The translations under genes and the position numbers were made by a program. Under the pieces are notes generated by a model, which ran no database searches, had not been told where the DNA came from, and saw only the letters and a list, made by a program, of their open reading frames with translations. From the NCBI GenBank assembly GCA_000146465.1, contig CP001951.1: a DNA stretch of 64,000 nucleotides; one strand, given 5' to 3'. This document shows positions 28,240-37,103 of this stretch, piece after piece. Numbering within the stretch: the stretch's first letter is position 1; each line of letters starts with the position of its first letter.

Positions 28240-30333
28240 ATGTCGTTTATAGTTGATTTGGAAATTGAAAGTTATTATATGTTACATAGTAAACAGCCCA
28301 TGGAAATGCAAGAAAAAGACCTCGGACCCATAGTAGGATATAATCTTGAACTCAAAGATATTTTTCTTGAGGCTCCCAACAAAGATTTATCCTCAAGCAC
28401 CAAGTATGTTAGGCTGATAAACGGCATATCTACAACTTTTGAATCAGGGAAATTGTCAGTTATCATGGGACCTAGTGGAAGTAGTAAAACAACATTGATA
28501 AATTTGATTGTAGGAATAATTCAAGAAAACTCGAAGGTCTCGGGAAATGTGCTTCTTCGTGGGAAATCAAGAAACCCAAAGACATGGTTAACCCAGGTTG
28601 CCTATCTAAATCAGGATGACTGCATAGTTCCCTACATAACTATCCACGAATATATTTACTTTTGTGTGAGTTGCAGAACAACGAAAAAACAAAGAGGAGG
28701 AAGAAGTATTAATGAGATCATCAATAAGGTGATGAAAAAACTTCATATCGAGGATCTTAAGGACGTAGTTATGACGGCGATTTCAGGAGGGGAGAGGAAA
28801 AGGGTAATGATAGCTGTTGAGTTTGCAGTTTCTCCAGAAGTATTGATTCTAGATGAGCCAACAAGTGGATTGGATTCACATCTTGCATTTGAATTAATTC
28901 AAATGATCAAGGAATATGCTGTTGAAAACAACAAGATTGTGATCACAACAGTCCATCAGCCAGGTCCGGGATTGTTTGATATGTTTGATTATCTCCTGTT
29001 TCTTAATAAGGGATCTTTGGTGTATTCGGGGTCTGCTGATCAATGCGAAAGATTTTTTGATTCTAAAGGAATTCATAGAGTCGGAAATCTGTCTGTGAGT
29101 GAATTTTTATTTGAGCTTTTTTCTGGACAGTCGTATATCTCTGGAATTGAGGAGTATAGAGAGGCCATCAACAAAATGATAGAGTCTGCCGTCCAAGAGG
29201 GAGACTTGAAAATCGAAAACAAAACAATGAGCCAGATCTCTGGCTCTGTAGTTAAGCTTCCATTTAGTTTCTCAAAGGCACTCAAGATAGCTAAAAGAAA
29301 ATGGATTATGGAATGGAGATCTTGGAGGATGATGAGGAATTGGATTTTCGAGATCGTTTTTCTTTTTGTCTATGTCTATTTCTTGTATCCAATGATCTTT
29401 TCTATAGAATTTTTGAATTTTAAAAATCTCCTAAATCTAAACATAAACGAACGTGATGAAACAGAATCAGTTTTTCGTTGGCTTATAGGCTCCTTAAAAT
29501 CCATGATTGATGAATCTCTAGTGGGCAATGTAGATGAGGCAATCAAGTGGGAGATATGTTCATTTCTACTAATTACACTTTCCCTTTTCGGTTCGACAGA
29601 CATACTTGATGGCTTAAATTATGTCCACAGAGAAACATCCAAGGCAACATATGGCATATCCACACTTTACTTCTCGACATGGATTGCCGAAACACCTATA
29701 ACCATTCTAAAATGCTTTGTATTTCTGGGGATTTCATCATCCATAGGAATTCATGGGGGAAATACGTTTGAACTAATCACTTACATAATTGTAGGAAGTC
29801 TTTTAATACTGGCATTTGATATTATGATGAGAAGCATTACATCTTCTAGTGCGTTTAGAAAGTTTCTCTCGATGATCACTTTCATATTTCTGACATCTCT
29901 TACTCCGGAGATTTCATATACATTTACAAAAATACTCTCGGTTCCTTCGGCCGGAAATCTCAGACTTCTGAAACTTTTAAAGTATCCCTCTATACTTCTT
30001 TGGCCTCAAATCTTCTTTCAAGGATTCATGAGGCTGTCTTTCTTTGAAAGGGTGATGTTCCCTAAGGAACCAAACGAGAAGTTTACTTTTATATACAAGG
30101 CCATTATGGGTTCAATAGTGACTCCACGTCTTTATGACCTACATCTTAGTGATGAAGAAAACAGAGAAAAGCTCCTCAATCCTCAGACCAGGTTTCTAGT
30201 AGATCAAAACTACTCTAAATATATTCTATTGCCTCTTGGAGCTACTTCTCTCATAATAGTTATCCTTTTAAGTAATTACTTTCTTGTGAGAAGATTTTCT
30301 CCTCGCTTACAGCTTAACCTATCCAATAAATAA
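28240..30333 (+). CDS. ABC transporter, ABCG (White-type) half transporter NBD-TMD
   Basis: 697 aa. Walker A GPSGSSKTTL, ABC signature ISGGERKRV, Walker B VLILDEPTSGLD, followed by six TM helices. Confidence 0.85.
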   Translation: MSFIVDLEIESYYMLHSKQPMEMQEKDLGPIVGYNLELKDIFLEAPNKDLSSSTKYVRLINGISTTFESGKLSVIMGPSGSSKTTLINLIVGIIQENSKVSGNVLLRGKSRNPKTWLTQVAYLNQDDCIVPYITIHEYIYFCVSCRTTKKQRGGRSINEIINKVMKKLHIEDLKDVVMTAISGGERKRVMIAVEFAVSPEVLILDEPTSGLDSHLAFELIQMIKEYAVENNKIVITTVHQPGPGLFDMFDYLLFLNKGSLVYSGSADQCERFFDSKGIHRVGNLSVSEFLFELFSGQSYISGIEEYREAINKMIESAVQEGDLKIENKTMSQISGSVVKLPFSFSKALKIAKRKWIMEWRSWRMMRNWIFEIVFLFVYVYFLYPMIFSIEFLNFKNLLNLNINERDETESVFRWLIGSLKSMIDESLVGNVDEAIKWEICSFLLITLSLFGSTDILDGLNYVHRETSKATYGISTLYFSTWIAETPITILKCFVFLGISSSIGIHGGNTFELITYIIVGSLLILAFDIMMRSITSSSAFRKFLSMITFIFLTSLTPEISYTFTKILSVPSAGNLRLLKLLKYPSILLWPQIFFQGFMRLSFFERVMFPKEPNEKFTFIYKAIMGSIVTPRLYDLHLSDEENREKLLNPQTRFLVDQNYSKYILLPLGATSLIIVILLSNYFLVRRFSPRLQLNLSNK

Positions 30334-30370
30334 AGGTACTTTAATTTTAAGCCTTGGATTTTTTCCCTGA

Positions 30371-30703
30371 ATGGAGTCTTTGATTCTTTGGGATGGAAGA
30401 AGCATCTGTGGGCTTAAAAAGATTCCAAAGACAATACTAATAGTTGATGAATACAACACAATAACACCCGAGAAAAAAAGTAAGATAAAAGACTCCGTGG
30501 CTGAAATGGACATAGACTTTGAAGAGGAGGCAACACGTTATTCTCTTGTGATCCTTTGCAACACTGTCTTGAGGTTTAACCTAAAGAACCCACTCGTCTT
30601 GGCAGAATGTGAGATTTGGTTTACTAGAAAGACCTTTTCCTCAAAAGTATTTGAAGATGCTCTTATTCACTATTCGGAATGTGAAATAAGAAATGGAGTG
30701 TAA
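30371..30703 (+). CDS. hypothetical protein (110 aa)
   Basis: ATG preceded by TTCCC. The ORF ends (TAA) 8 nt before the corrected UBC12 start. No family recognised. Confidence 0.35.
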   Translation: MESLILWDGRSICGLKKIPKTILIVDEYNTITPEKKSKIKDSVAEMDIDFEEEATRYSLVILCNTVLRFNLKNPLVLAECEIWFTRKTFSSKVFEDALIHYSECEIRNGV

Positions 30704-30710
30704 ACAACCC

Positions 30711-31172
30711 ATGAACCCCCGAGAAGATTCCTCGTTTGCAGCTTTCCGGTTAAAGACCGAGATTGAATCTATCCAACTTCTCCCAGGATCACTGTTGAAT
30801 GTGGATAGGTCTTCTGAGGATAAATACGCTATGGAAATAAAATATTCCATGATGATCACAGAAGGAATATATAAAAATCGCTTGTTTCGATTCAAGATAA
30901 AGATACCGCATGCCTATCCATTTAAGCCTCCAAAGCTTTTGTGTCTGGATAAAGTGTTCCATCCAAATATTGATGATGATGGAAATGTTTGCATGGAGAT
31001 TTTGAGGCTAGGGTGGAGGCCTAGCCATGGGTTGGAGAGCATACTTGTTAATCTTTATGTTATATTTGTTGAAATCACAGGAGAAGATGCATTAAACACA
31101 CAGGCAGGAGATTTATTCAAGCTAGACTATGAAAGGTTTGTAAGAATTGCAAGGGGCCAGGAAAGAATCTAA
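30711..31172 (+). CDS. UBC12: ubiquitin-like (NEDD8) conjugating enzyme E2, Ubc12/UBE2M-like
   Basis: UBC fold with HPNIDDDGNVCMEILRLGWRP (active-site Cys). Best resemblance to UBE2M ([22 protein letters not shown]). Start moved to the ATG at 30711, which is immediately preceded by CCC and removes the overlap with the upstream ORF. Confidence 0.7.
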   Translation: MNPREDSSFAAFRLKTEIESIQLLPGSLLNVDRSSEDKYAMEIKYSMMITEGIYKNRLFRFKIKIPHAYPFKPPKLLCLDKVFHPNIDDDGNVCMEILRLGWRPSHGLESILVNLYVIFVEITGEDALNTQAGDLFKLDYERFVRIARGQERI

Positions 31173-31187
31173 GACTTTCAACAGGAT

Positions 31188-31490
31188 CTAGCGTTTGTGT
31201 ATTATTGCTGCATATTCTTCTTTTGCATCTTCAGACACCTCTTTTAGAACAAAATCAAAAGGTAGAGAAGCCTTATGTCCATCCACCACAATAAAATCCA
31301 AGTTCTTTAGAATTTTCTTATTTAGGGTTTTTTCAACGAACTGGTATGAGGATTTCGGATCAAGTAGTACAACTCCGATATTATTCGGAGAGATTAATAC
31401 TCTCAAAGGTCCATGGACTTCCTCTTTAAATATCCTATTCAAAGTTCCTTTTAGGGAAGAATTCTTCCAGAGGTTTATGGATGCCTCCAT
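31188..31490 (-). CDS. hypothetical small protein (100 aa)
   Basis: Clean ATG. Weak resemblance to the L7Ae/Snu13 fold region (DFIVVDGHKASLPFDFVLKEVSEDAKEEY), not confident. Confidence 0.35.
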   Translation of the reverse strand: MEASINLWKNSSLKGTLNRIFKEEVHGPLRVLISPNNIGVVLLDPKSSYQFVEKTLNKKILKNLDFIVVDGHKASLPFDFVLKEVSEDAKEEYAAIIHKR

Positions 31491-31528
31491 CTCAAGGATT
31501 CATATTGAAGAATTTTTCTATCCATGAT

Positions 31529-31798
31529 ATGGATCTCTCGGGAATGAATAGACTATTTGAAGTTCTCGATAAAATCAAAAATAAAGTAGAAAAGGAGGAA
31601 AGGCCACCCAACCCAAAGGAAGCGTTGGAAAGAGAGCTTCACAAGTTATATCTATGCATATCCTTAGAAATATGCAAGCAAAAGCTTCAAGGATCTGTTG
31701 GTAAGGAAGTTCTTGACAAGGTGAAGGAAATTAAACAATATTTCAAGCACATAGAGAACATCCGGGGTAAAGATCGAAATGATCCTGTACAAAAATAA
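31529..31798 (+). CDS. hypothetical small coiled-coil protein (about 89 aa)
   Basis: The ORF-track start at 31481 would overlap the divergent neighbour's ATG. The internal ATG at 31529 has an AATTTTT/CC context upstream. Helical, K/E-rich. Confidence 0.3.
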   Translation: MDLSGMNRLFEVLDKIKNKVEKEERPPNPKEALERELHKLYLCISLEICKQKLQGSVGKEVLDKVKEIKQYFKHIENIRGKDRNDPVQK

Positions 31799-31806
31799 GA
31801 TGATAC

Positions 31807-32232
31807 TTATTTATTCTTTTTCTCTGCCTTCTTCATTGCTCTCTTGATAGTACCAAAGATCTTATAGCGCTTCTTCCTTTCGTCCTTTCTTACCCTTCTA
31901 GGTGTTATTTGAAGCTCCTTTCCAGTGATCTTTGCTACAACATGCTTCTTCTCAACTGAAGAAAGAACTTCAGCATTTGAATAAATCTTTGCTCTGAGTG
32001 TGGTTCTGTGTGTTCCATACCTATTCTTAAGATTTCCAACTACAATGTTCTTCTTGCTTGTTTGATAGAGCTCAGATATCTTGTCTGTTATTTCCTCTCT
32101 GCTGGGAATAGGCATTCCAGGATGGTATGCAACCACATCCAATTCTTTCCTGGAAAGCAGTTTGTTCTCCTTAAGGCCAGAAATCTCAAGTTCCAAACTC
32201 TATAAGTTAGCTTCAAATACCTCACTTACCAT
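31807..32232 (-). CDS. RPS24: 40S ribosomal protein S24, two exons: join(32232..32230, 32199..31807)
   Basis: Exon 2 matches RPS24 (VVAYHPGMPIPSREEITDKISELY...KKHVVAKITGKELQITPRRVRKDERKKR). The ORF-track frame starts at TTG with an in-frame TAG immediately upstream. An ATG lies 33 nt upstream, followed directly by GTAAGTGAGGTATTTGAAGCTAACTTATAG. Removing this 30-nt intron gives M-SLELEISGLKENKLL... AAAATTTTATCCC lies upstream of the ATG. Confidence 0.75.
32200..32229 (-). other. spliceosomal intron (30 nt) immediately after the RPS24 start codon
   Basis: Minus-strand sequence GTAAGTGAGGTATTTGAAGCTAACTTATAG: canonical GTAAGT 5' site, CTAAC branch point 6 nt from the 3' AG. Confidence 0.7.
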
Positions 32233-32320
32233 TTCGTGAGGGATAAAATTTTCGGAAATATCTGTCTTTCAGGCCTCTCGACCTTCGAAAATATTTTCCT
32301 TAACAGAAAGGCCCTTTGAA
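32233..32320. promoter_or_regulatory. 88-bp bidirectional promoter region of the divergent RPS24/RPS30 pair
   Basis: Contains AAAATTTTATCCC on the RPS24 side and GGCCCTTTGAA on the RPS30 side. These are AAATTT-like and CCC-like signals of the kind reported upstream of microsporidian start codons. Confidence 0.5.
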
Positions 32321-32536
32321 ATGGTAAGTGGAACTTCGGAGTCCTGGAAATAACTTTAGGCAACTATTACAATCAACAAAGCTGGAAAGGTTAGGAATCA
32401 AACACCAAAGGATCCTGTTGTCGAAAAGGAAAGGAAGAAGTGCGGGCGCTGCAGACAACGCTTGAAGTTTGAGAAGAGAAACGAGATGGGATATTTTGAT
32501 GTGATGGGAAAGATGAAGCTGAATCCTCAGTCATGA
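32321..32536 (+). CDS. RPS30: 40S ribosomal protein S30, two exons: join(32321..32323, 32360..32536)
   Basis: Not in the ORF track. ATG followed directly by GTAAGTGGAACTTCGGAGTCCTGGAAATAACTTTAG (36 nt). The spliced product is [59 protein letters not shown]. It matches yeast Rps30 (AGKVKSQTPK...GKMRMNPGPS). An in-frame TAG immediately precedes exon 2, so no unspliced ORF exists. Confidence 0.75.
32324..32359 (+). other. spliceosomal intron (36 nt) immediately after the RPS30 start codon
   Basis: GTAAGTG...AAATAACTTTAG. Same 5' site and branch/3' architecture as the RPS24 intron. Confidence 0.7.
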
Positions 32537-32704
32537 AAGATAAAATAAAATCTTATTAGCCTCTATGGCCGAATTTTCCGTTATAAAACATATCTAATGG
32601 ATTACCCTTGCTATTTTCGAAGCTTTCTTGGTTTTTACCAAGGATGTCAAAGAGTAGCAGATAGAAAGCTGCAGGCACCAAGGGTGCTAGGCACACATTT
32701 TAAT

Positions 32705-33115
32705 TTAGACTTTACTATTAGTTTGACACTCCTCCTGTGTCAAATCTGTGTTTTTCTTCTCGTCATTCTCCATACTATTTTTTTCCGGCTCTTCGGCCTC
32801 AGCTCCTACTGCAACAAGTATAACGGTGTCTCCCCTGATAAAGACATTTCCAAGCTTTCTAGAAAACTCGCTACCCTGCCTTTTCTTTCTTCCCTTATTT
32901 CTACCTCGCGCAGTCCCAAACTCCCTAGCTTCTCTTACCAATAAGTTATAATGCCGATCATATGCTACCACTTTTCCTGTGACCTTTCTGTTGTTTCGTA
33001 AAGAAATCAACACAGGAATCATCTTAACCATGGCCCGGCGAACAAGTGAAAGAGGCCCTTTCATTTCCATCGACTCCTTCTCCCCAGGATTATCTGGATT
33101 GTTCGGAAGAAACAT
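32705..33115 (-). CDS. SMD2: small nuclear ribonucleoprotein Sm D2
   Basis: Sm fold with the SmD2-specific insertion. PVLISLRNNRKVTGKVVAYDRHYNLLVREAREF...RKLGNVFIRGDTVILV matches human SNRPD2 [33 protein letters not shown]...ISKMFLRGDSVIVV. Confidence 0.75.
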   Translation of the reverse strand: MFLPNNPDNPGEKESMEMKGPLSLVRRAMVKMIPVLISLRNNRKVTGKVVAYDRHYNLLVREAREFGTARGRNKGRKKRQGSEFSRKLGNVFIRGDTVILVAVGAEAEEPEKNSMENDEKKNTDLTQEECQTNSKV

Positions 33116-33172
33116 CTATGGGCCCATCCAAACATTAAAATAACCAAATATTTATTACATGTCTTAAGACAA

Positions 33173-34009
33173 TTATTCATTCTTTCTCTTAAGCTTCACA
33201 AACTCCACTAGGCGATCAATAAACCTGCCAGAAGTCTTTCCATGGTAAAAGTTTTCTATAAATCCAGAAATAATCTCGTTGGACACTCTTTCCCAGTACC
33301 TCATTGCAATTCTTATTTCTCGCCTTATGTCTTCAATCTCTCTTTGAATGTCAACATTCTTGATCATCTCATTCATTTTCTTACTCATCTTTATTCTCTT
33401 CATATGAAGGAACGATATATTCAGGTCCTTTGCAGAAACTCCTCTCTCAAGGTTTCTTCGGACATATACATCATAGTTCCTCACTATGTCTGTTATTATT
33501 CCACTAGTACTAATTCCCTTTGTTCTTTTGATCGGTATAAACATCCCCATGTCTTTTACAAACTTGTAGATATCGTCCTTATTCTCTCCCTTGTACGGAA
33601 TGTCATCATGCGCAACAAAATCTATTCTATGCTTTTGAAGGAATTCCGATGTTAACTCCCATGGTGCACTTGTTATAACTTCATCAACATATCTGCAATG
33701 GATTAGTCCTTCAGCTCTTTCTTTTTCGTTCATGACAAGATTTCCCTTAAGTCTTATAGTTATGTCGTCATCTGTAACCCCAACCAGCAAGTAGACATTT
33801 GGAAAAAGATTCTTTGCTTGTTTCAAACTTCGGGCATGTCCATAATGAAATAGATCGTACACCCCATCGCAGTATATTCTAACAGGCCTATTCACAGGGA
33901 CCTTATACATCCCAACTTCAGAGGTCATCTCTTCATACTCGAAGGTATTTCTGTCGGGATATGTGGGAGCCATCATCTTGTATTTCTCTGTGTCGTTTCT
34001 CTTCATCAT
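33173..34009 (-). CDS. PCT1: choline-phosphate cytidylyltransferase (CCT/Pct1)
   Basis: [38 protein letters not shown] (HxGH motif), [34 protein letters not shown] and [26 protein letters not shown] are near-identical to PCYT1. Confidence 0.85.
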   Translation of the reverse strand: MMKRNDTEKYKMMAPTYPDRNTFEYEEMTSEVGMYKVPVNRPVRIYCDGVYDLFHYGHARSLKQAKNLFPNVYLLVGVTDDDITIRLKGNLVMNEKERAEGLIHCRYVDEVITSAPWELTSEFLQKHRIDFVAHDDIPYKGENKDDIYKFVKDMGMFIPIKRTKGISTSGIITDIVRNYDVYVRRNLERGVSAKDLNISFLHMKRIKMSKKMNEMIKNVDIQREIEDIRREIRIAMRYWERVSNEIISGFIENFYHGKTSGRFIDRLVEFVKLKRKNE

Positions 34010-34128
34010 GGGCTAGGTTTGCAGAACGAAAAATAAAACCAAACAAATTCTCTGTCTGTGTAAGGTTTCTTCACAGTAATCAGAAACAATCAAAGTTACT
34101 AAATCTTTGCCTTTGTTTATTAGAATTA

Positions 34129-34740
34129 TCATTGGATATAGTCCAAGTCCTGAGGAATCCCAAAGCTACTGTTAAACTCTGACTTTTCCATTGCAAACTT
34201 GTTACAGATATAATCTTGTATAACAAAAATGTTGTCAACAATCTTATTATACTCGTCGATTACTTTCTTTCTATCTCCGATAAGCTTGTCATAGACTATA
34301 GGATCTGTTTCTTCGAACTTCTTTAGCTCTTTTTTTTGTTCTTCCTCCATCTTCTCTAGGGAATTCAGCCTTTCTTCCAGCCTGCTTCTCTCTTCCGTGT
34401 AGTTCTTGGACTTTCTTTCGTCTTCTAAGTGTTTTCTCTTGTTAGAAATGTCTTCAGACATTCTTTTACATTCGTCCATAAGCTCTTTACACTTCAACTT
34501 CTTCTTTTGGACTCCTTCAGATGCAAACGACCAATACAGATTGGAGGTTCCAACCTTCTCGACAGTGACAAGACCTTCGTCAACAAGCTGTTGTAGAATT
34601 TCTTTGATCGTATTTACCACTATCCCCTTCTTCGAGCCCAGAGTTTCCAATTCCTGTAACTTGAAGAATGACTTACTTGTTCTTATTATCTCCAATAGAA
34701 TGCTTTTCTTCTGGTCTGCTTTCATCTTGACTGTTGCCAT
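34129..34740 (-). CDS. MND1: meiotic nuclear division protein 1 (Mnd1, Hop2-Mnd1 recombination cofactor)
   Basis: 203 aa from the internal ATG (MATVKMKADQKKSILLEIIRTSKSFFKLQELETLGSKKGIV..GTSNLYWSF...SSFGIPQDLDYIQ). This aligns end-to-end with human MND1 (..KDLEKIAPKEKGI..GTSNYYWAF...RTFGIPEDFDYID). The longer ORF-track frame would overlap the divergent downstream gene. Confidence 0.8.
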   Translation of the reverse strand: MATVKMKADQKKSILLEIIRTSKSFFKLQELETLGSKKGIVVNTIKEILQQLVDEGLVTVEKVGTSNLYWSFASEGVQKKKLKCKELMDECKRMSEDISNKRKHLEDERKSKNYTEERSRLEERLNSLEKMEEEQKKELKKFEETDPIVYDKLIGDRKKVIDEYNKIVDNIFVIQDYICNKFAMEKSEFNSSFGIPQDLDYIQ

Positions 34741-34810
34741 GACTACAGGGCTCCTCTCGAAGTAGCTTATTAGTGTTTCCAATACTTTATTTCCATAGGA
34801 TCTATACCCC

Positions 34811-36076
34811 ATGATGTCGTTAGAGCTGACCAAAGAGAATATCAATGCAGTTTCTCTTGAGCTTGTGAAGAACAAAAAGATGTTTGACAAGAACGTGAAT
34901 TATGTAATGGGTTTCATGCTTAAATCTTTTCCCGAGAAAAACGAGCTTCTTAGTAGAATCAAAGTCCTCAATATTAAATCAAGATCAGCAAAGAAGATAG
35001 ACCCCGAGTCCGATGTTATGGAACAGATAGCTATGAATGTCTTTGCCATAAAGAATCTTGACGAAGGAAGTTTCACCAAGAACATGCTAGCCCTCTTCAG
35101 GGACCCAAGTTCCTTTTCTCAAGCATTCCTTACCTACTTCTATTCTAACTTAAATCTTAGCACTACGAAGACAGATGAGATCTTGAACGGGCTCGTAGAA
35201 TTACTCTTATCTGAGTCCAAACTCAAAAAAAGCTTCATGAATTTTATGAATTCGATTGAACTCTCGGAGGATTCTGAATCTATTTCCCTGGAGGAGGCCA
35301 AAAGTCTACACAAAGCCTCAGATGATCACACCTTTGAAAAGATAATAAATAAGGAAAGTTATGATGAGTCATCAAGCACAGTGATGTCTCTAGTCTCCCT
35401 GGACGACTCTGAAGAAATCAAAAGAATCGATACATCTATTTCCCTGCTGTTTGAAGGAAAGAGAGAAAAGATGTCTATGCTGTCGATACTAGTGTGCACT
35501 AGAGTATTGAACATTATAAGGATCATACTGGAAAACAACTACCCAAGAGATGTAGATGTTATTCCTGTTCTTATGTACATCGCAGAGATAGACCAGACAA
35601 TTTTCAAGAAATCAATGTCTGCTATCAAGATAATATTAAGGAAAACAGATTATAGAGACAAAGAAAAGCTGTTTGAAATGTTCTGTGCTCTACTCGAACG
35701 AAACCCAGGCATTATAAGAATGGCAATGCTTTTTGTGGATACTTGTGGAAAACACTTCAACTGGCCGAGATTCCTTGAAATTATAGATGGGAACGAAGAG
35801 ATTGATCTGGATGTCGTGGATAGGTCTTACATTCCAAATTCTTCCTTCTATGAATTTATATTGTTTGCCGAGGATCCAAGGAGATACATGAAGACAATCA
35901 AAAGCATGATTAGAAACGAGTTAGACTCTTCTCTTCTTAGAGATTTAAAAGAAAAGATTAATGGAAGACCTGATCTAAAAGATATAAAGCCGATCAAAGA
36001 TGCTATAAGCTCCCGTCTTAAGCTATTAAGCCAAAAAAAGTGTTCTAAAAAGGAAAGGAAAGATAACAGTAACTAA
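34811..36076 (+). CDS. hypothetical protein (421 aa), helical repeat-like
   Basis: Clean ATG 70 bp from the divergent MND1 start. No recognised motif. Confidence 0.4.
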   Translation: MMSLELTKENINAVSLELVKNKKMFDKNVNYVMGFMLKSFPEKNELLSRIKVLNIKSRSAKKIDPESDVMEQIAMNVFAIKNLDEGSFTKNMLALFRDPSSFSQAFLTYFYSNLNLSTTKTDEILNGLVELLLSESKLKKSFMNFMNSIELSEDSESISLEEAKSLHKASDDHTFEKIINKESYDESSSTVMSLVSLDDSEEIKRIDTSISLLFEGKREKMSMLSILVCTRVLNIIRIILENNYPRDVDVIPVLMYIAEIDQTIFKKSMSAIKIILRKTDYRDKEKLFEMFCALLERNPGIIRMAMLFVDTCGKHFNWPRFLEIIDGNEEIDLDVVDRSYIPNSSFYEFILFAEDPRRYMKTIKSMIRNELDSSLLRDLKEKINGRPDLKDIKPIKDAISSRLKLLSQKKCSKKERKDNSN

Positions 36077-36125
36077 AGAACATATTTAATTCTATCCATT
36101 TGTGTTTGGCTGCTGTTTTGAGAAT

Positions 36126-37040
36126 CTATGAAACACATTTTCGATGGCAAAAACTCGTTCTCCCTCCCTTTTCAAGAGAAACAGCATCCTTTAGTATCCA
36201 TCTGTCTTCCTGATCATCCCATTCAACTTCTATTCTGCTACGGCAAACATCACAAAGTGCTGGGCCTCCGGAATGGACAATCTTCTCGACTTTTTCAACC
36301 TCTAGCCTGAGTTTAATCTTCTCGATGTTTTTTGTCCATGCTTCTAGAGTTGGAAAGAATTCTCTGCTTATACAATCCTTTTCTCCTAGAACCCTTGCTT
36401 TTCTTCGATGCTCGTCGATGTGAACTCCCATTTGCTCATCGCCTTCTGGAGTATCTTTATACCTCAGACCGCATAGTTTGCATTGGTTTGGATAGTATAG
36501 AATAGAGGGATCCATCTCAGTCTTCAAGTACTCGTTATTCAAAATATCCGATTCCTGCTCTTTTTTATCCCATAGGTTTTTTGTTCTTGCCTCCTCAAGC
36601 ACACTTCTGCTTGTTTTTTTACTGGCCACTTCCTTTGGTTTGGAATCAGTTTCTCCCTCCTCATCAATGAGTGTATTTCTTTCATTAATGCTGGCCTTGA
36701 TCATATCCTCCGAGCTGGAAGAACTTTCTTCGTCTATTCTAGGTCTTTTGGGTTTTTCCTCCTGGCTTTCTCCAGATAAAAGTTTGAATATCTTGTGATT
36801 TCTATTAAATTCATCTTTGTACTTTTCAAAAAGACTCAGATACCTAGTATCCTTGCTACAAAGTAGAAAAAGAAAATCCAAAACCGCCTCTTTTCCAAGC
36901 AGGCTTCTATGATTCTTGATCAATGCATCACTCACAGCTTCTTCATTGTATCGAAAGCTTTCAGAAATCATAAGCAAAACATTCTGTGTAATCTTGTCGT
37001 TCTTTTTGAGGGCCTTCAGGAGGGAAACAAACTCATCCAT
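36126..37040 (-). CDS. PCF11: Pcf11-like mRNA 3'-end cleavage factor (CID domain + C-terminal zinc knuckles)
   Basis: ORF-track start 37079 is TTG. The ATG at 37040 has CCC upstream. N-terminal CID-like helical domain. C-terminal Cys/His pairs (CKLCGLRYKDTPEGDEQMGVHIDEH, CDVCRSRIE...CHRKC) as in Pcf11. Confidence 0.45.
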   Translation of the reverse strand: MDEFVSLLKALKKNDKITQNVLLMISESFRYNEEAVSDALIKNHRSLLGKEAVLDFLFLLCSKDTRYLSLFEKYKDEFNRNHKIFKLLSGESQEEKPKRPRIDEESSSSSEDMIKASINERNTLIDEEGETDSKPKEVASKKTSRSVLEEARTKNLWDKKEQESDILNNEYLKTEMDPSILYYPNQCKLCGLRYKDTPEGDEQMGVHIDEHRRKARVLGEKDCISREFFPTLEAWTKNIEKIKLRLEVEKVEKIVHSGGPALCDVCRSRIEVEWDDQEDRWILKDAVSLEKGGRTSFCHRKCVS

Positions 37041-37103
37041 GAGGGTCTGCCAGATTGGCTTTTTATCGCTTGTCTGCAATCATACATCAAGTGGATATTT
37101 ATA

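Noticed and set aside
32597-32951. Two plus-strand ORFs (115 and 67 aa) opposite the SmD2 gene
   Set aside because: Antisense to a conserved Sm-fold gene. Hydrophobic nonsense translation.
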